The notes under the pieces are model-generated. The model saw only the letters and a program-made list of their open reading frames with translations, was not told the DNA's origin and did no database searches. From a virus (lineage: Duplodnaviria > Caudoviricetes): a DNA stretch of 63,048 bases. Shown piece by piece: positions 49,275-59,396 of this stretch (position 1 is the first letter of the stretch; each line of letters opens with the position of its first letter). A program made the translations under genes and the position numbers. The DNA lies in the IMG/VR virus record IMGVR_UViG_3300032322_002946, positions 1 through 63,048 of that record; one strand, given 5' to 3'.

Positions 49275-49664
49275 TTATTGTTTTTCTAATTGTTTGTAGT
49301 ATTTGAGTTCTTCTTTAATGAACTCTGGAAAATTTGAGATTAGGTAGTCTAAGTCTTCTGGTTTCACCTTTAACTTTTCAATTAAAAGTTTATACTCTTT
49401 TTCAGGTAGGTCTGTTTCTTTTTTAGGGGATTTAGACCAAAACCATTGAGGATAACCTTTATCTTTCATAAAATAAAACCAGATATCTAAGGCTACAGAT
49501 TTATTTATTGTTTTTAGGTTAAGAAGTTGTGATTTTTCGTGATATTTTTTACTAAAGTAACGATTGAAGATAAAGAAAAACTTCTCTTTATCTTCATCGG
49601 TTATCTTATTCCAATCATTTCTGTTTTTGAACATTGCGTTAGCTACATCTATCAACTCTGCCAT
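49275..49664 (-). CDS. Hypothetical protein
   Basis: 129 aa ORF coupled to exonuclease gene. Confidence 0.6.
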   Translation of the reverse strand: MAELIDVANAMFKNRNDWNKITDEDKEKFFFIFNRYFSKKYHEKSQLLNLKTINKSVALDIWFYFMKDKGYPQWFWSKSPKKETDLPEKEYKLLIEKLKVKPEDLDYLISNFPEFIKEELKYYKQLEKQ

Positions 49665-50641
49665 TACTTACCATTTTTTTCGAAAACTTCTGACATTTTA
49701 TTAACTACCGGATTTGGTAAGTTACTTAATCTTAAGTCAATCAATTTAACATTAGATTGGATATTTTCAACAATTTTCTCAATCTGTGTCTTACTTAGTT
49801 TCTTTTTCTCACAAATCAAATCAGCGATATTTTCATAAAGATCAGGATCTTCTAAATTTATCTCGCCAAATTCTACAATATACTCATCATATATAGTTTT
49901 AGCACCTTTAGCTCCTATTCCTCTTTTTTTACCATTTTTGTTTTGTGACCAAACAGAACTGATGTTATCACTTTGGTCCCCAGATATAATCTTTATCACT
50001 AAAGATTCCATAGAGTCTATTTCTAAGATTTCATATTTTGTCAAAAATCTCTGTAATAGTTGAATGAAGTCAGAGTTATCATTAAGATTAAAAATATCAT
50101 CGTTTGGTAAATCATTGACTTTGCTAATAAAAATTTGATAATTTTTAGGCATAAATAGTTTCTCTTTATTATACATTTCATTAGTCATGATATTGATGAA
50201 AAGAGGTTCCATAGAATATGAAACAATTTGTTTTATATCGTGATCGTTAGAAACGATGATTGTGCTTCTTCCTTCTGAGTTTGACCTACTACACAAAAAG
50301 GAAATCCAGTCATCACCTTCAACGTGAGGTGCTTCTAAAACTTTTATAGGTTGTGGTAAAGACTTCTTAAATTCATCGTAAGCTGAATAAACAAATGCCC
50401 AATCGATGTCTGAATCTTTTTTTCTTTGACTTTTGTATTCTTTAATAAGTTTCTTTCTCCACGACTTTTCTTTTGAATCTGAAACTAGATAAATGTTAGC
50501 AAATGGATACCATTTTCTATAATTATTGACTGTATTTTCCAATGATTTGTGTAAAGCACCAAACAGAAGGTTATTCTTATGTAAAGTGAAAACCAATCTA
50601 CTAAGAATATAATTTCCGTCTATGATTAAATCACATGTCAT
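49664..50641 (-). CDS. 5'-3' exonuclease / T4 RNase H-like (FEN family)
   Basis: IIDGN, WRK..YK..R, EGDDWI, SNDHD, GDQSDNI, GIG.K. Confidence 0.85.
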   Translation of the reverse strand: MTCDLIIDGNYILSRLVFTLHKNNLLFGALHKSLENTVNNYRKWYPFANIYLVSDSKEKSWRKKLIKEYKSQRKKDSDIDWAFVYSAYDEFKKSLPQPIKVLEAPHVEGDDWISFLCSRSNSEGRSTIIVSNDHDIKQIVSYSMEPLFINIMTNEMYNKEKLFMPKNYQIFISKVNDLPNDDIFNLNDNSDFIQLLQRFLTKYEILEIDSMESLVIKIISGDQSDNISSVWSQNKNGKKRGIGAKGAKTIYDEYIVEFGEINLEDPDLYENIADLICEKKKLSKTQIEKIVENIQSNVKLIDLRLSNLPNPVVNKMSEVFEKNGK

Positions 50642-50697
50642 TTTAAAATTTTATTTTTTTATTATATCAAAAAATAAAACTTAAGTTTGTGAATGTC

Positions 50698-50982
50698 TTA
50701 TTTTATAATTTCATCAATCTTATTTTCCCTGTCTATAGCTAATAAATTTTTTTTTATTACTTCTTCGACTTCGATAGGAAACGTAATATTCTGTTTTACA
50801 AGTTGTTCATAGAATGGTTTTCCTAATACGTTTAAGATTGAGATTGTGATGGCTAATTCTGTATCTGGGTTTGACTCTATCTCTACCCATTCACCTAGTA
50901 CAAAATATTTAGACTTATCGGAATATTGATAGTTATAAGATACGTTTAGACTAGAATTAGAGTGATAGTTAGGTAATTTCAT
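50698..50982 (-). CDS. Hypothetical protein with C-terminal tag motif
   Basis: Ends DRENKIDEIIK. Confidence 0.55.
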   Translation of the reverse strand: MKLPNYHSNSSLNVSYNYQYSDKSKYFVLGEWVEIESNPDTELAITISILNVLGKPFYEQLVKQNITFPIEVEEVIKKNLLAIDRENKIDEIIK

Positions 50983-51011
50983 ATCACTTATATTTTGTCT
51001 AAATGTTTTGT

Positions 51012-52562
51012 TTAAATAACTCTAAAATATCTAGGAGTTGAGAACATATCGGTTTCAATTGAAAGTGCGAACCTCATAATTTTAGTAATTAGTCTATCAC
51101 ATTCTTCAGAATCAATGGTGTGTAATTGTAAAAGAGCTAAAACAACTTGCATAGATTGAATTCTTGATATCAACTTGTTTTTACTATCACTAATATCTTT
51201 TGCTCTATTAAATGGTACAACAACAGTTATTTCACTTCTAATCGAAGCACTTGATTGTTGCATTATTTCTACTTTAAGTAACTTCACTGTTTTCCTTAAA
51301 TCTTCTAAGTCATATGATTCTAATTCTTTATAAGATTGTAGTTCTGTTAATCCTTCATATTGATTAATCAGTCTCTTTAAGGAAGTGAATGAAATTTTAC
51401 CATGTCTTGATTTTGAACCTTCGACCTCAGCATCTATATTATTTCTTTTACTGGTATCAGATGAATCAATAGTTATTTTTCTATCTTTGACATCGACATC
51501 CTTATTCTTTCGATGTTTCCAGAATGACCTGGTAAAAATCTGAGACCCTATACCTCTCATATCCTCTCCTACCACAAAGTATTTTAAGTAAAAGTCTGGT
51601 AAGGATTTATCAATTTCTTTGTTAATGATTATTTTATAATCTTTTTTGTAACCAATTTTTTTAAGAGAAATACTTACTAATTTCTTATCATCAAATACAC
51701 TATCTAAATATTTTACTAATTCATCAATAGTTTTACAATTGTTAATTTCACTTAGTATGGCATTTTGATGTTGTACTGATATTAAATAAGCATCAGATGG
51801 TAGAAATTTATGAAAGTCAATATCACTAAACCCACCTAACTTCGATAGTTCTTTATATTTGTTTTTAATTCTAACAAAAGGTGAGTCCATCTCCTTATAT
51901 GATGTGTGGTAAATTCTATATTGTTTACTTCTATCTAAATAATTATAAAGACTAGAATACATTCTATTGGGTATTCTATAAAATGTAGATAACCAGTCTG
52001 GAGAATCAGCAAATAGGTCAAACAACTCTTCATTAATTTCTTGTTTATTATTTACAAAAATTAAATTTTTAGCGTCATCTAAATATTTTTTAAAGTTTCT
52101 TCTTACGTTTTCTATATTTAGTGCTTCAGATGGATTTAATTGTTTTATGGCTAAGAATAAACACTGAAGTGTCTCAAACTCATTTAATAATCTACCAGGA
52201 CCAGAAGAACCAAAATCAGTAGTTTTTTTGAATTGATTTAGTCTAAATTCAGTTCCATCTTTTTCTTTGAAAACGTTTTTATATCTTGTCCCTTGTGTAA
52301 AATAATCTTTGGCTTTATCAACGTCATACTTACCATCGGTTGTTATTTTATCATCTACAACTTCCCCTGGTTCAGACCAACCAGTTTCATCTTTCATTTT
52401 ATCAACTACAACAGGTCTATTATTGTTAAGAGTGATTTCACTCTTTGATTTAAGTTTATTGACTAAAATATCACCTCTTTTCTGACCTGCTCTATCTTTA
52501 GATAGTTCTGCAAGATTCAATTCAGCCTCTTCTAAAAAAACTCTATATCTGTGTAATTTCAT
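51012..52562 (-). CDS. Putative PD-(D/E)XK-like nuclease with leader motif
   Basis: ETLQC, FLPSDAYL, VSISLKK; MKLHRYRVFLEEAE; TTAATATATA upstream. Confidence 0.5.
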   Translation of the reverse strand: MKLHRYRVFLEEAELNLAELSKDRAGQKRGDILVNKLKSKSEITLNNNRPVVVDKMKDETGWSEPGEVVDDKITTDGKYDVDKAKDYFTQGTRYKNVFKEKDGTEFRLNQFKKTTDFGSSGPGRLLNEFETLQCLFLAIKQLNPSEALNIENVRRNFKKYLDDAKNLIFVNNKQEINEELFDLFADSPDWLSTFYRIPNRMYSSLYNYLDRSKQYRIYHTSYKEMDSPFVRIKNKYKELSKLGGFSDIDFHKFLPSDAYLISVQHQNAILSEINNCKTIDELVKYLDSVFDDKKLVSISLKKIGYKKDYKIIINKEIDKSLPDFYLKYFVVGEDMRGIGSQIFTRSFWKHRKNKDVDVKDRKITIDSSDTSKRNNIDAEVEGSKSRHGKISFTSLKRLINQYEGLTELQSYKELESYDLEDLRKTVKLLKVEIMQQSSASIRSEITVVVPFNRAKDISDSKNKLISRIQSMQVVLALLQLHTIDSEECDRLITKIMRFALSIETDMFSTPRYFRVI

Positions 52563-52587
52563 ACAGAGTATATATTAAATCCGTTTG

Positions 52588-53118
52588 TTATATAATTTGA
52601 TTCAATTTGATTTGACGATAAAGTGTCTCAAATTCATTTCTGATTATAGAATCATAATCATAGTAATCTTTTTTTGAATAGTAGTCCCAATGTTTTCTTA
52701 GAACTCTTTTCTTTTGTTTGTCTAAGATAGGTTTTAATTTATGAAAACAATTCCTATCTCCAATCCAATCTGTCATATTTTTGATTAAATCAAAATCTAT
52801 TTTTTGAAAACCCAAAAAGAAGTTCTTATTGGCATACGAAAACAAATAATGTGAGATAACTAAATCTTCATAGTCTTCTTCAAATACACCAGATGGATTC
52901 GATAACTCTGGAATAGTAAAATAGAATTTAAGTTGCTTACTAATTAGGAAACTTACTAATTTAATGACAGGTTTTGGTAATCTATTATCTAAGAATACAT
53001 AAACAATATCATTATCAATAAAACAAATCGGTATTTTTTGATACTTTTTCCAATAAAGAAAATTATCATCAAATATCCAATTATCAGAATTGTTTGGTAT
53101 TAACTCAGATAATATCAT
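52588..53118 (-). CDS. Hypothetical protein with C-terminal tag motif
   Basis: Ends YRQIKLNQII. Confidence 0.55.
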   Translation of the reverse strand: MILSELIPNNSDNWIFDDNFLYWKKYQKIPICFIDNDIVYVFLDNRLPKPVIKLVSFLISKQLKFYFTIPELSNPSGVFEEDYEDLVISHYLFSYANKNFFLGFQKIDFDLIKNMTDWIGDRNCFHKLKPILDKQKKRVLRKHWDYYSKKDYYDYDSIIRNEFETLYRQIKLNQII

Positions 53119-53428
53119 ATTCTTTTAATATTTTTATAAAAGTTTTCTTACTATGTTCTCTTGTTCTTTTTTTAGTCCCGTTTCTATAATATTCTTTACT
53201 CTTATTGGGTGAATATTTAACTTTATTCTTTGTATCGCAATTTGTAGTGGATAAAGTCTTTGCTTTAAACTCAGTACTAGTCTTAATAAAGTCTTTAAGA
53301 AGTGGATTGGTAAGTCTCCTATCATTTGCATCATAGAATCCCCAGTAATATCTTTTTACACTGAGTTTTATTCTACGAATGGTGTGAACATCTTTTATAT
53401 GTCTGCGCCAGGCACGATTTCTTGACAT
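53105..53428 (-). CDS. Basic hypothetical protein
   Basis: MSRNRAWRRH; TATATTTG 5 nt upstream on minus strand. Confidence 0.55.
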   Translation of the reverse strand: MSRNRAWRRHIKDVHTIRRIKLSVKRYYWGFYDANDRRLTNPLLKDFIKTSTEFKAKTLSTTNCDTKNKVKYSPNKSKEYYRNGTKKRTREHSKKTFIKILKEYDII

Positions 53429-53445
53429 AAGGACAAATATAAAAA

Positions 53446-53634
53446 CTATTTTAGAATTTCTTCAATTTTTTTCTCTCTATCTAATTGGAATGTATCAATT
53501 TGAAACATTGGACATTCATCAATTCTCGAAGGTCCTAAGTATTTACCCCATACTGATTTTCCTTCATATTTATAAGCATTACTATCAGGAGTATTTGTAT
53601 GTGGATGAAAATTTAAATCAGTTACAATTTTCAT
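53446..53634 (-). CDS. Small protein with C-terminal tag motif
   Basis: Ends DREKKIEEILK. Confidence 0.55.
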   Translation of the reverse strand: MKIVTDLNFHPHTNTPDSNAYKYEGKSVWGKYLGPSRIDECPMFQIDTFQLDREKKIEEILK

Positions 53635-53698
53635 TTTGAAAAATCTAATTCAATTAACTGGTCTTTATGGTGGTGATGACTTGATTTTATTACAAATT

Positions 53699-53914
53699 TC
53701 ATTTTAGTAATTCTTCTAATTTTTCATTTCTAATTTCATCTAAAAATATGAGTTCCGAAATATCAACTGATGTTGTAGAACCATCATCAGTTATGATAAA
53801 ATAAATATTCTTATCAAATTGATCTTGTCCTTTTATTTGATAAAATTTACCCGGAGTCAGATAAGGTGGATAGACGGGATATGTCTGTGGGTCTAAGATG
53901 ATTTTTGCTTTCAT
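53699..53914 (-). CDS. Small SH3-like protein with C-terminal tag motif
   Basis: LTPGKFYQI..ITDDG; ends IRNEKLEELLK. Confidence 0.55.
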   Translation of the reverse strand: MKAKIILDPQTYPVYPPYLTPGKFYQIKGQDQFDKNIYFIITDDGSTTSVDISELIFLDEIRNEKLEELLK

Positions 53915-53935
53915 AAAATTATTATTTGTGTATAG

Positions 53936-55780
53936 TTATTTTAACAATTCTGTTTTTCTTAAATCTGAATTTTTTCCAAACCAAATATCTAAGGAGTTAG
54001 ATGATACATCATCTTTAGTAATCAAAGTAAGTTTAGGACTATTAATAATATCTTGATATTCATCATCAACAAGAGCCGCTAAACCTTTTTTATATTTAAT
54101 CTCCCATTGCTTTAAGTCTGTCTTAGATTCCCATTGGTTGTATTCGTCTTGTGAATAAAAAAGTACCTTCTTCTTTGTTTTAGTTCTTGGAATAGCAACT
54201 ACAATTGGTGTCTCTACTTTGTATATCATCCTTCTATCAAACACATCTGGCCAATATTTGTAAAAGAAATTTATTAAAAGACCAGCAATTGAATTTCCAT
54301 CAACGTCAGCATCAACATAGAAAAGTATTCTACCATATCTTAAATCTTTTACATCTATTTTTTGTCCTAGTTTTAGACCAATAGAAGCCATAAGATTTAC
54401 AACCTCAGTGTTCTGAACTAATTTTTGATTAGTCATCTCAGAGACATTTACAAATTTACCTTTCAAGGCGAAAGCACCCATTGTTTGTGGATCTCTGTAT
54501 TTTCTAAAAGCTGAAATTGCAGAGTCTCCCTCAAAAAGACCAATCGAATATTTCCATCTCTCCTTACCTTTAGCATCAATTAACTTTTCAACTTTAATCT
54601 TATCAAGTTTTTTATTAAGTTCTCTTTGTAGTTTAGAGTCTTCAGCTGTTTTCTTTTGTTGGATCCAGTCTAAAATTGAATTGACGATCTCAGACTTAAG
54701 TATTTGACCAATAAGTTTTTGTGATACCTCAAATGTTGAACCAAAATCTTTAATCTCTGTTATCAGTTTTTCTTTAGTTTGTGATGAGAAACTAGGATTT
54801 ATAACCGTTGCATCTAAAAATAAAAACATGTGATTCTTCAACTCTGATGGTTTCACGTCAACTTTGTGTTTCTTCATAAAGAACTCTCTCATTGAAGAAA
54901 TGATTTGACCCATAACATAATCGACGTGTGTCCCACCATCATATGTGTCTGTGGTATTAGCAAAACTGACTTGTTGAAATCCGTTTTCAGAAAGAGCAAC
55001 TCCTATTGACCAGGTTTTATTCTTATTTGATTCATAGAAATAATCTTTAGTATAGAATTTTATGTAATCTTCGAATGAGTTGAAATTTATTTTAGTCCCA
55101 TTGAATGTGAATTTTATTTCTGGATTTGTTCCGGCAAGATCATAAACTCGTTTTTCAATCATTTTGAAGTGATCGTCATCTATTTTATCTATACCAAATT
55201 GTGATAAATCCGGTTTATACTTTATCTCTGTATGATTTAATTTTGATTTTTTAACAACTGGATTACTTCTATCTCTCATATTATTTGAGAAAGTCTGTAT
55301 GAAGTGATTTTTACCATCACAAGTTGAAATGGTGAATTCTGTTGAAAAAACATTGGTTAATTTAGCACCTAATCCATTTAACCCAGCAACTGTTCTTTCA
55401 TCACTATCATCATAGTTACTACCGGACATTAAATTACCAAAGATAACTTCTGGAACATATTGATCGTGCTCTTTATGAATCACCACTGGAATCCCTCCGT
55501 TATCCTTTACTGAGATTATATTATTATCAACATCCACTGAAATATCAATCTTATTTAGATTTTTATTTCTTTTATGTTCATCAACTGAATTTGTAACTAC
55601 TTCATCAAATATTTTAACAAATGATGGTATGAATGTGATTTCTCTTTGAACAACTTGTTCATTTTCTACTACATTTTTGATAGATGTGTTCGGTTTATTA
55701 GACCCTACATATGTTTGTGGTCTTAAAAGTATATGTGTTATTTGGTCTAAAACTTTATATTTATCTTCAATTTTTTTCAC
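53936..55780 (-). CDS. Type IIA topoisomerase ATPase/TOPRIM subunit (T4 gp39+gp60-like)
   Basis: HILLRP.TYVGS, EVVTNSVD, DNGGIP, GLNGLGAK, EGDSA, DADVDG, YKKGL. Confidence 0.93.
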   Translation of the reverse strand: MKKIEDKYKVLDQITHILLRPQTYVGSNKPNTSIKNVVENEQVVQREITFIPSFVKIFDEVVTNSVDEHKRNKNLNKIDISVDVDNNIISVKDNGGIPVVIHKEHDQYVPEVIFGNLMSGSNYDDSDERTVAGLNGLGAKLTNVFSTEFTISTCDGKNHFIQTFSNNMRDRSNPVVKKSKLNHTEIKYKPDLSQFGIDKIDDDHFKMIEKRVYDLAGTNPEIKFTFNGTKINFNSFEDYIKFYTKDYFYESNKNKTWSIGVALSENGFQQVSFANTTDTYDGGTHVDYVMGQIISSMREFFMKKHKVDVKPSELKNHMFLFLDATVINPSFSSQTKEKLITEIKDFGSTFEVSQKLIGQILKSEIVNSILDWIQQKKTAEDSKLQRELNKKLDKIKVEKLIDAKGKERWKYSIGLFEGDSAISAFRKYRDPQTMGAFALKGKFVNVSEMTNQKLVQNTEVVNLMASIGLKLGQKIDVKDLRYGRILFYVDADVDGNSIAGLLINFFYKYWPDVFDRRMIYKVETPIVVAIPRTKTKKKVLFYSQDEYNQWESKTDLKQWEIKYKKGLAALVDDEYQDIINSPKLTLITKDDVSSNSLDIWFGKNSDLRKTELLK

Positions 55781-55910
55781 TATTTGAAATTTCTTTTTTA
55801 ATTAATTCTATTAATTCACACTGTTTTGTTTTAATATCCTCATCACTATATACAAAAAAATACTTATACCCATTACTTTCTGCTAAATCTTTTTTAAGAT
55901 TATCTAGTAA
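55767..55910 (-). pseudogene. C-terminal remnant resembling a DUF559/VSR-type homing endonuclease
   Basis: DNLKKDLAESNGYKYFFVYSDED frame lacking an intact 5' part, overlapping the topoisomerase start. Confidence 0.35.
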
Positions 55911-56114
55911 TTATCATGATAAATGGTAGTCATATCTTTTTTTATAAAAAGACGACCTGCCCTTGAGTTACTACATAGTCTGGAGCAAATCCTAGTTTTT
56001 CTTTTAGTTTTTTAAATAGTTTCATAAGTATAATTCTTTTTTGTATTTATTAAAAAGCTTGTCCTTGAGTCACTACAAGAAGGATTTTAAAATTAAAAAA
56101 TAAATATATATTAT

Positions 56115-56969
56115 ATGAAATATGTTAAAACTTTTGAGAGCTTTAATTTAAATGAAACATTAGATATGTTTACTTTACCAGTAGATCCTACACCTGGCTC
56201 AGAAGATGTTTTATCTGATATAAGTCAATGGGTTTCTGAGACTGGTGAGTTTATTTGGAATAAAATTAATGAATTTATAGATTGGTGTAAGAAGATACTA
56301 AATAAAGAAAACTTAAAAGAATACTTTTCTAAATTATTTGAAGCAATTGGTGAGTTATCTAAGATTCAATTAAACAGAGCATCAAATTTATTCTTTAGTA
56401 AAGACTATCACGATGTTGAATGGAATGATATTAATTTAAATAATGTTAAAAATCTTTATTCAAAAATAAGTAATAGTGTAAAGGAGTTTACAACTGATAA
56501 GAGTTGGAGTTTCAAAGATGATGAAAACAAGTTACAATCTAAAGAAGGTTTAGATGATAAAAGTCTTCAATTGAAAAAAGTGATTAATCAAATAATTGGG
56601 TTTTTAGGTAAGTCAGCAATATCAGTAATAATATCTAAAATAGTTTCAGCTTCTTTAATTGCGTTAGGTGTTACTACTGCTCCAATAGTTTCTACAATTA
56701 CATCAATATTAATTCTTATATTATTTATTTGGGCTTCTAAGAAAAAGGTTAGTCTTGAAGTTAAGGTAATGAAAGATGTTAGAGATGTTCCTGGTTATCA
56801 ACCAAAAGGATTAATTGGTAGAATAACTGGATGGAGTGAATTTGCTGAAAAGAAAGTAAAAGAGTATCAAGACTTTACTCAGGGTGATTCACCATTTCAA
56901 AAGTTATATAGACAAAAGTTAAAAGAACAAAGTGAGAAAATTAAATCAGAACAACTTTCATTTTCTTAA
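56115..56969 (+). CDS. Membrane protein with leader motif
   Basis: MKYVKTFESFNLNE; hydrophobic hairpin near residues 165-207. Confidence 0.6.
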   Translation: MKYVKTFESFNLNETLDMFTLPVDPTPGSEDVLSDISQWVSETGEFIWNKINEFIDWCKKILNKENLKEYFSKLFEAIGELSKIQLNRASNLFFSKDYHDVEWNDINLNNVKNLYSKISNSVKEFTTDKSWSFKDDENKLQSKEGLDDKSLQLKKVINQIIGFLGKSAISVIISKIVSASLIALGVTTAPIVSTITSILILILFIWASKKKVSLEVKVMKDVRDVPGYQPKGLIGRITGWSEFAEKKVKEYQDFTQGDSPFQKLYRQKLKEQSEKIKSEQLSFS

Positions 56970-57026
56970 AAAATAAGTTAAAAAATAATATATAATTAAA
57001 ATACAAAAAATATAATACGAATAAAC

Positions 57027-58070
57027 ATGAAGAAGATTGTTAAAAACTTTACTGGATTCTCTAAACTTTATGAAAACGAGAATCAAGATGAACTAATCAA
57101 GAAAGGTCGTGAAGCTTTAGAACAAGCTGAAGATGACGCTAAAAAAATCACATCTGAAGATACAGGAATTGTAGATAAATTAAAAGATGCTGCTAAAAAT
57201 AATAATAATAATACACTTTCTAAAGAAGTTAAAGAATCAGTTTCAAACCCTTCTTTATCAACAGTTAAAGGATTAACTAATTTAGTATTGAAGTTAAAAG
57301 ACCATGTGATTCCAAAATTACCAGTTTTAAAAGGTAGTTATCCTGAAGGATGGAAACTTAGTTCAGGAGATAATTTTTTACCTGATTCTACTTATAAAGC
57401 TTATGATATGAGGGTACATGATAGTTGGGGAACTGGTGAGACTTATCTTAGTTACAAAGATGAAAAAGGTAATAGAATTGGTTTTTATGTTAGACCAACA
57501 ACTGAAGAAATAAATCATGCTAGAGGAATATTTGTAGAAGCTTGTGAAAGAACAAAGTGGATTTCTTTTTTAAGAACAACTGGTGTTGTTTCTGGTGTCG
57601 TTCTTGCTGCTGCGGGTGTTGCTGTTATCTTATATGGTATCTATTCTAAATATCAAGCTTTTGATGAGTGGAAACAATCTTTCTATGATAAAGGTCAAGA
57701 TTATCCTAAAACAATTACCAGTGACCCCTTTGATTTTGGTAGATCAGATGGTGGTAAAATAAATAGCTATGGGTACGAGGGTGGTCATACTTATTACAAC
57801 CGTCCTGATTTTAGTGAAAACCCTATGACAGGATATGGTGTACTTGGTGGAGAACTTAGTAAAGATGTACTTGCTGGAGCTGGTGGTATCTTAGGTGGTG
57901 TTTTATTAAGTTTAGGCTCTTCTAAGATTGATAGTGATAAAGAAATTATGAATCAAATAGCATCAATTGCTGGTTTATTAAAAGCATCACTTGAGCCACT
58001 TGGAATGAATGTTTCTGACTTAAAAACTGCTGGTGATATTACTGCTGTTTTAACTACTAATCAAAATTAA
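57027..58070 (+). CDS. Membrane protein with leader motif and Gly-rich helices
   Basis: MKKIVKNFTGFSKLYEN; GVVSGVVLAAAGVAVILYG and VLAGAGGILGGVLLSLG. Confidence 0.6.
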   Translation: MKKIVKNFTGFSKLYENENQDELIKKGREALEQAEDDAKKITSEDTGIVDKLKDAAKNNNNNTLSKEVKESVSNPSLSTVKGLTNLVLKLKDHVIPKLPVLKGSYPEGWKLSSGDNFLPDSTYKAYDMRVHDSWGTGETYLSYKDEKGNRIGFYVRPTTEEINHARGIFVEACERTKWISFLRTTGVVSGVVLAAAGVAVILYGIYSKYQAFDEWKQSFYDKGQDYPKTITSDPFDFGRSDGGKINSYGYEGGHTYYNRPDFSENPMTGYGVLGGELSKDVLAGAGGILGGVLLSLGSSKIDSDKEIMNQIASIAGLLKASLEPLGMNVSDLKTAGDITAVLTTNQN

Positions 58071-58090
58071 TAATCTAAAAATATAAAATT

Positions 58091-58122
58091 AAAAAGGACA
58101 GAGTTTTACTTTGTCCTTTTTT
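58091..58122. terminator. Intrinsic terminator
   Basis: AAAAAGGACA..TGTCCTTTTTT. Confidence 0.7.
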
Positions 58123-58183
58123 TGTTTATTAACATTTTTTATAATTTACTAATAATTTAATTTATTAATTTTGTTAAAATTAT

Positions 58184-58535
58184 TAGATATGACACTTATA
58201 ACAATTCAACCTAAAGAGAGAGTAACCAATAATTGCTACTATTGGAAAAAACGGAGCTAATGCCATAGGAATTATTCTGTGTATGGCTTTAATAACTCCA
58301 ATTTTAATATCTGTTCTTCTTTTAGAGTCTCTCGTCGTGAAAAATCGCATTCAACAAAAGTAAAATTACGACCATTTTCTTCTAAATACTTTGCTAAATT
58401 ACCTCTGTGTGCGTGATATAAGTGTTTTTTTATTTCTTCTTCGTCTTCGACACCTAATCTTCTTAATTCAGCTATAATATTATCATCAAATTTTTCCAAA
58501 ATTAGAAAACTATCATATTTTTTCAACTTCTTCAT
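58184..58535 (-). pseudogene. Frameshifted leader-motif membrane protein gene
   Basis: MKKLKKYDSFLILE ORF ends at 58272; alternate frame continues IGVIKAIHRIIPMALAPFFPIVAIIG. Confidence 0.45.
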
Positions 58536-58628
58536 AATTTAATATAAACTTAACAAAGGCATCTATAAAAAACCTATCACAAATTTAGAAATCAGTACTT
58601 GTGATAAACAACAATTTATAAATAAGAT

Positions 58629-59363
58629 ATGAAGGTTAAAACATTATTTATATCCGATATACATTTAGGAACTAGTAAATGCCAAGCAGATAAATTACTA
58701 AACATTTTCAAATCGTATGAGTTTGAAAGACTTGTGATTGTTGGTGATTTTATTGATTTGACTTCGTTGAAGAGAAAGTTTTATTGGAAACCGGAACATT
58801 CTACAGTAATACAAAAGGTTCTGAGATTTTCAAGAAAAAATGTAGAAGTAGTTTATGTCTTAGGTAACCACGACTATTATTTAAGGGGATTGATTGAAGA
58901 AGAAAATATAAACTTAGGAAACATCTTAATCTGTGATGAATATTTTCATACAACAATATCAGGTGAAAAAATTTACATATGTCACGGAGATCAATTTGAT
59001 GGATTTATTAGATTACATCCATTTATTTATCTTTTAGGTGACTGGGCATATGAAATGAGTTTCAAGATAAACAAATGGTATAATAAATTAAGAAGAATTT
59101 TTGGACTAGAATATTGGTCACTTTCCCAATACCTAAAGTCAAAAGTTAAAAATGCCATTTCATTTATAAATGACTTTAAAATTCTATCAATTAAAAAAGT
59201 AGAAGAAATGAATTGTGATTCAATTATGATTGGTCACATTCACACTCCAGCGATAGAAAAGATTGGTAAATTTACTTATTACAACACTGGAGACTTTTGT
59301 GAAACTTGTTCTTTTCTATATGAGGACTTTAAGGGCAGCATTAACTTAGTAATTGTTGAATAA
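58629..59363 (+). CDS. Calcineurin-like metallophosphoesterase, LpxH-like
   Basis: ISDIHLG, VGDFID, GNHD, HGD.FD, GHIH, NTGD. Confidence 0.85.
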   Translation: MKVKTLFISDIHLGTSKCQADKLLNIFKSYEFERLVIVGDFIDLTSLKRKFYWKPEHSTVIQKVLRFSRKNVEVVYVLGNHDYYLRGLIEEENINLGNILICDEYFHTTISGEKIYICHGDQFDGFIRLHPFIYLLGDWAYEMSFKINKWYNKLRRIFGLEYWSLSQYLKSKVKNAISFINDFKILSIKKVEEMNCDSIMIGHIHTPAIEKIGKFTYYNTGDFCETCSFLYEDFKGSINLVIVE

Positions 59364-59396
59364 AAACAAAGTTTGTCTTTTCTCATATATATGTCT

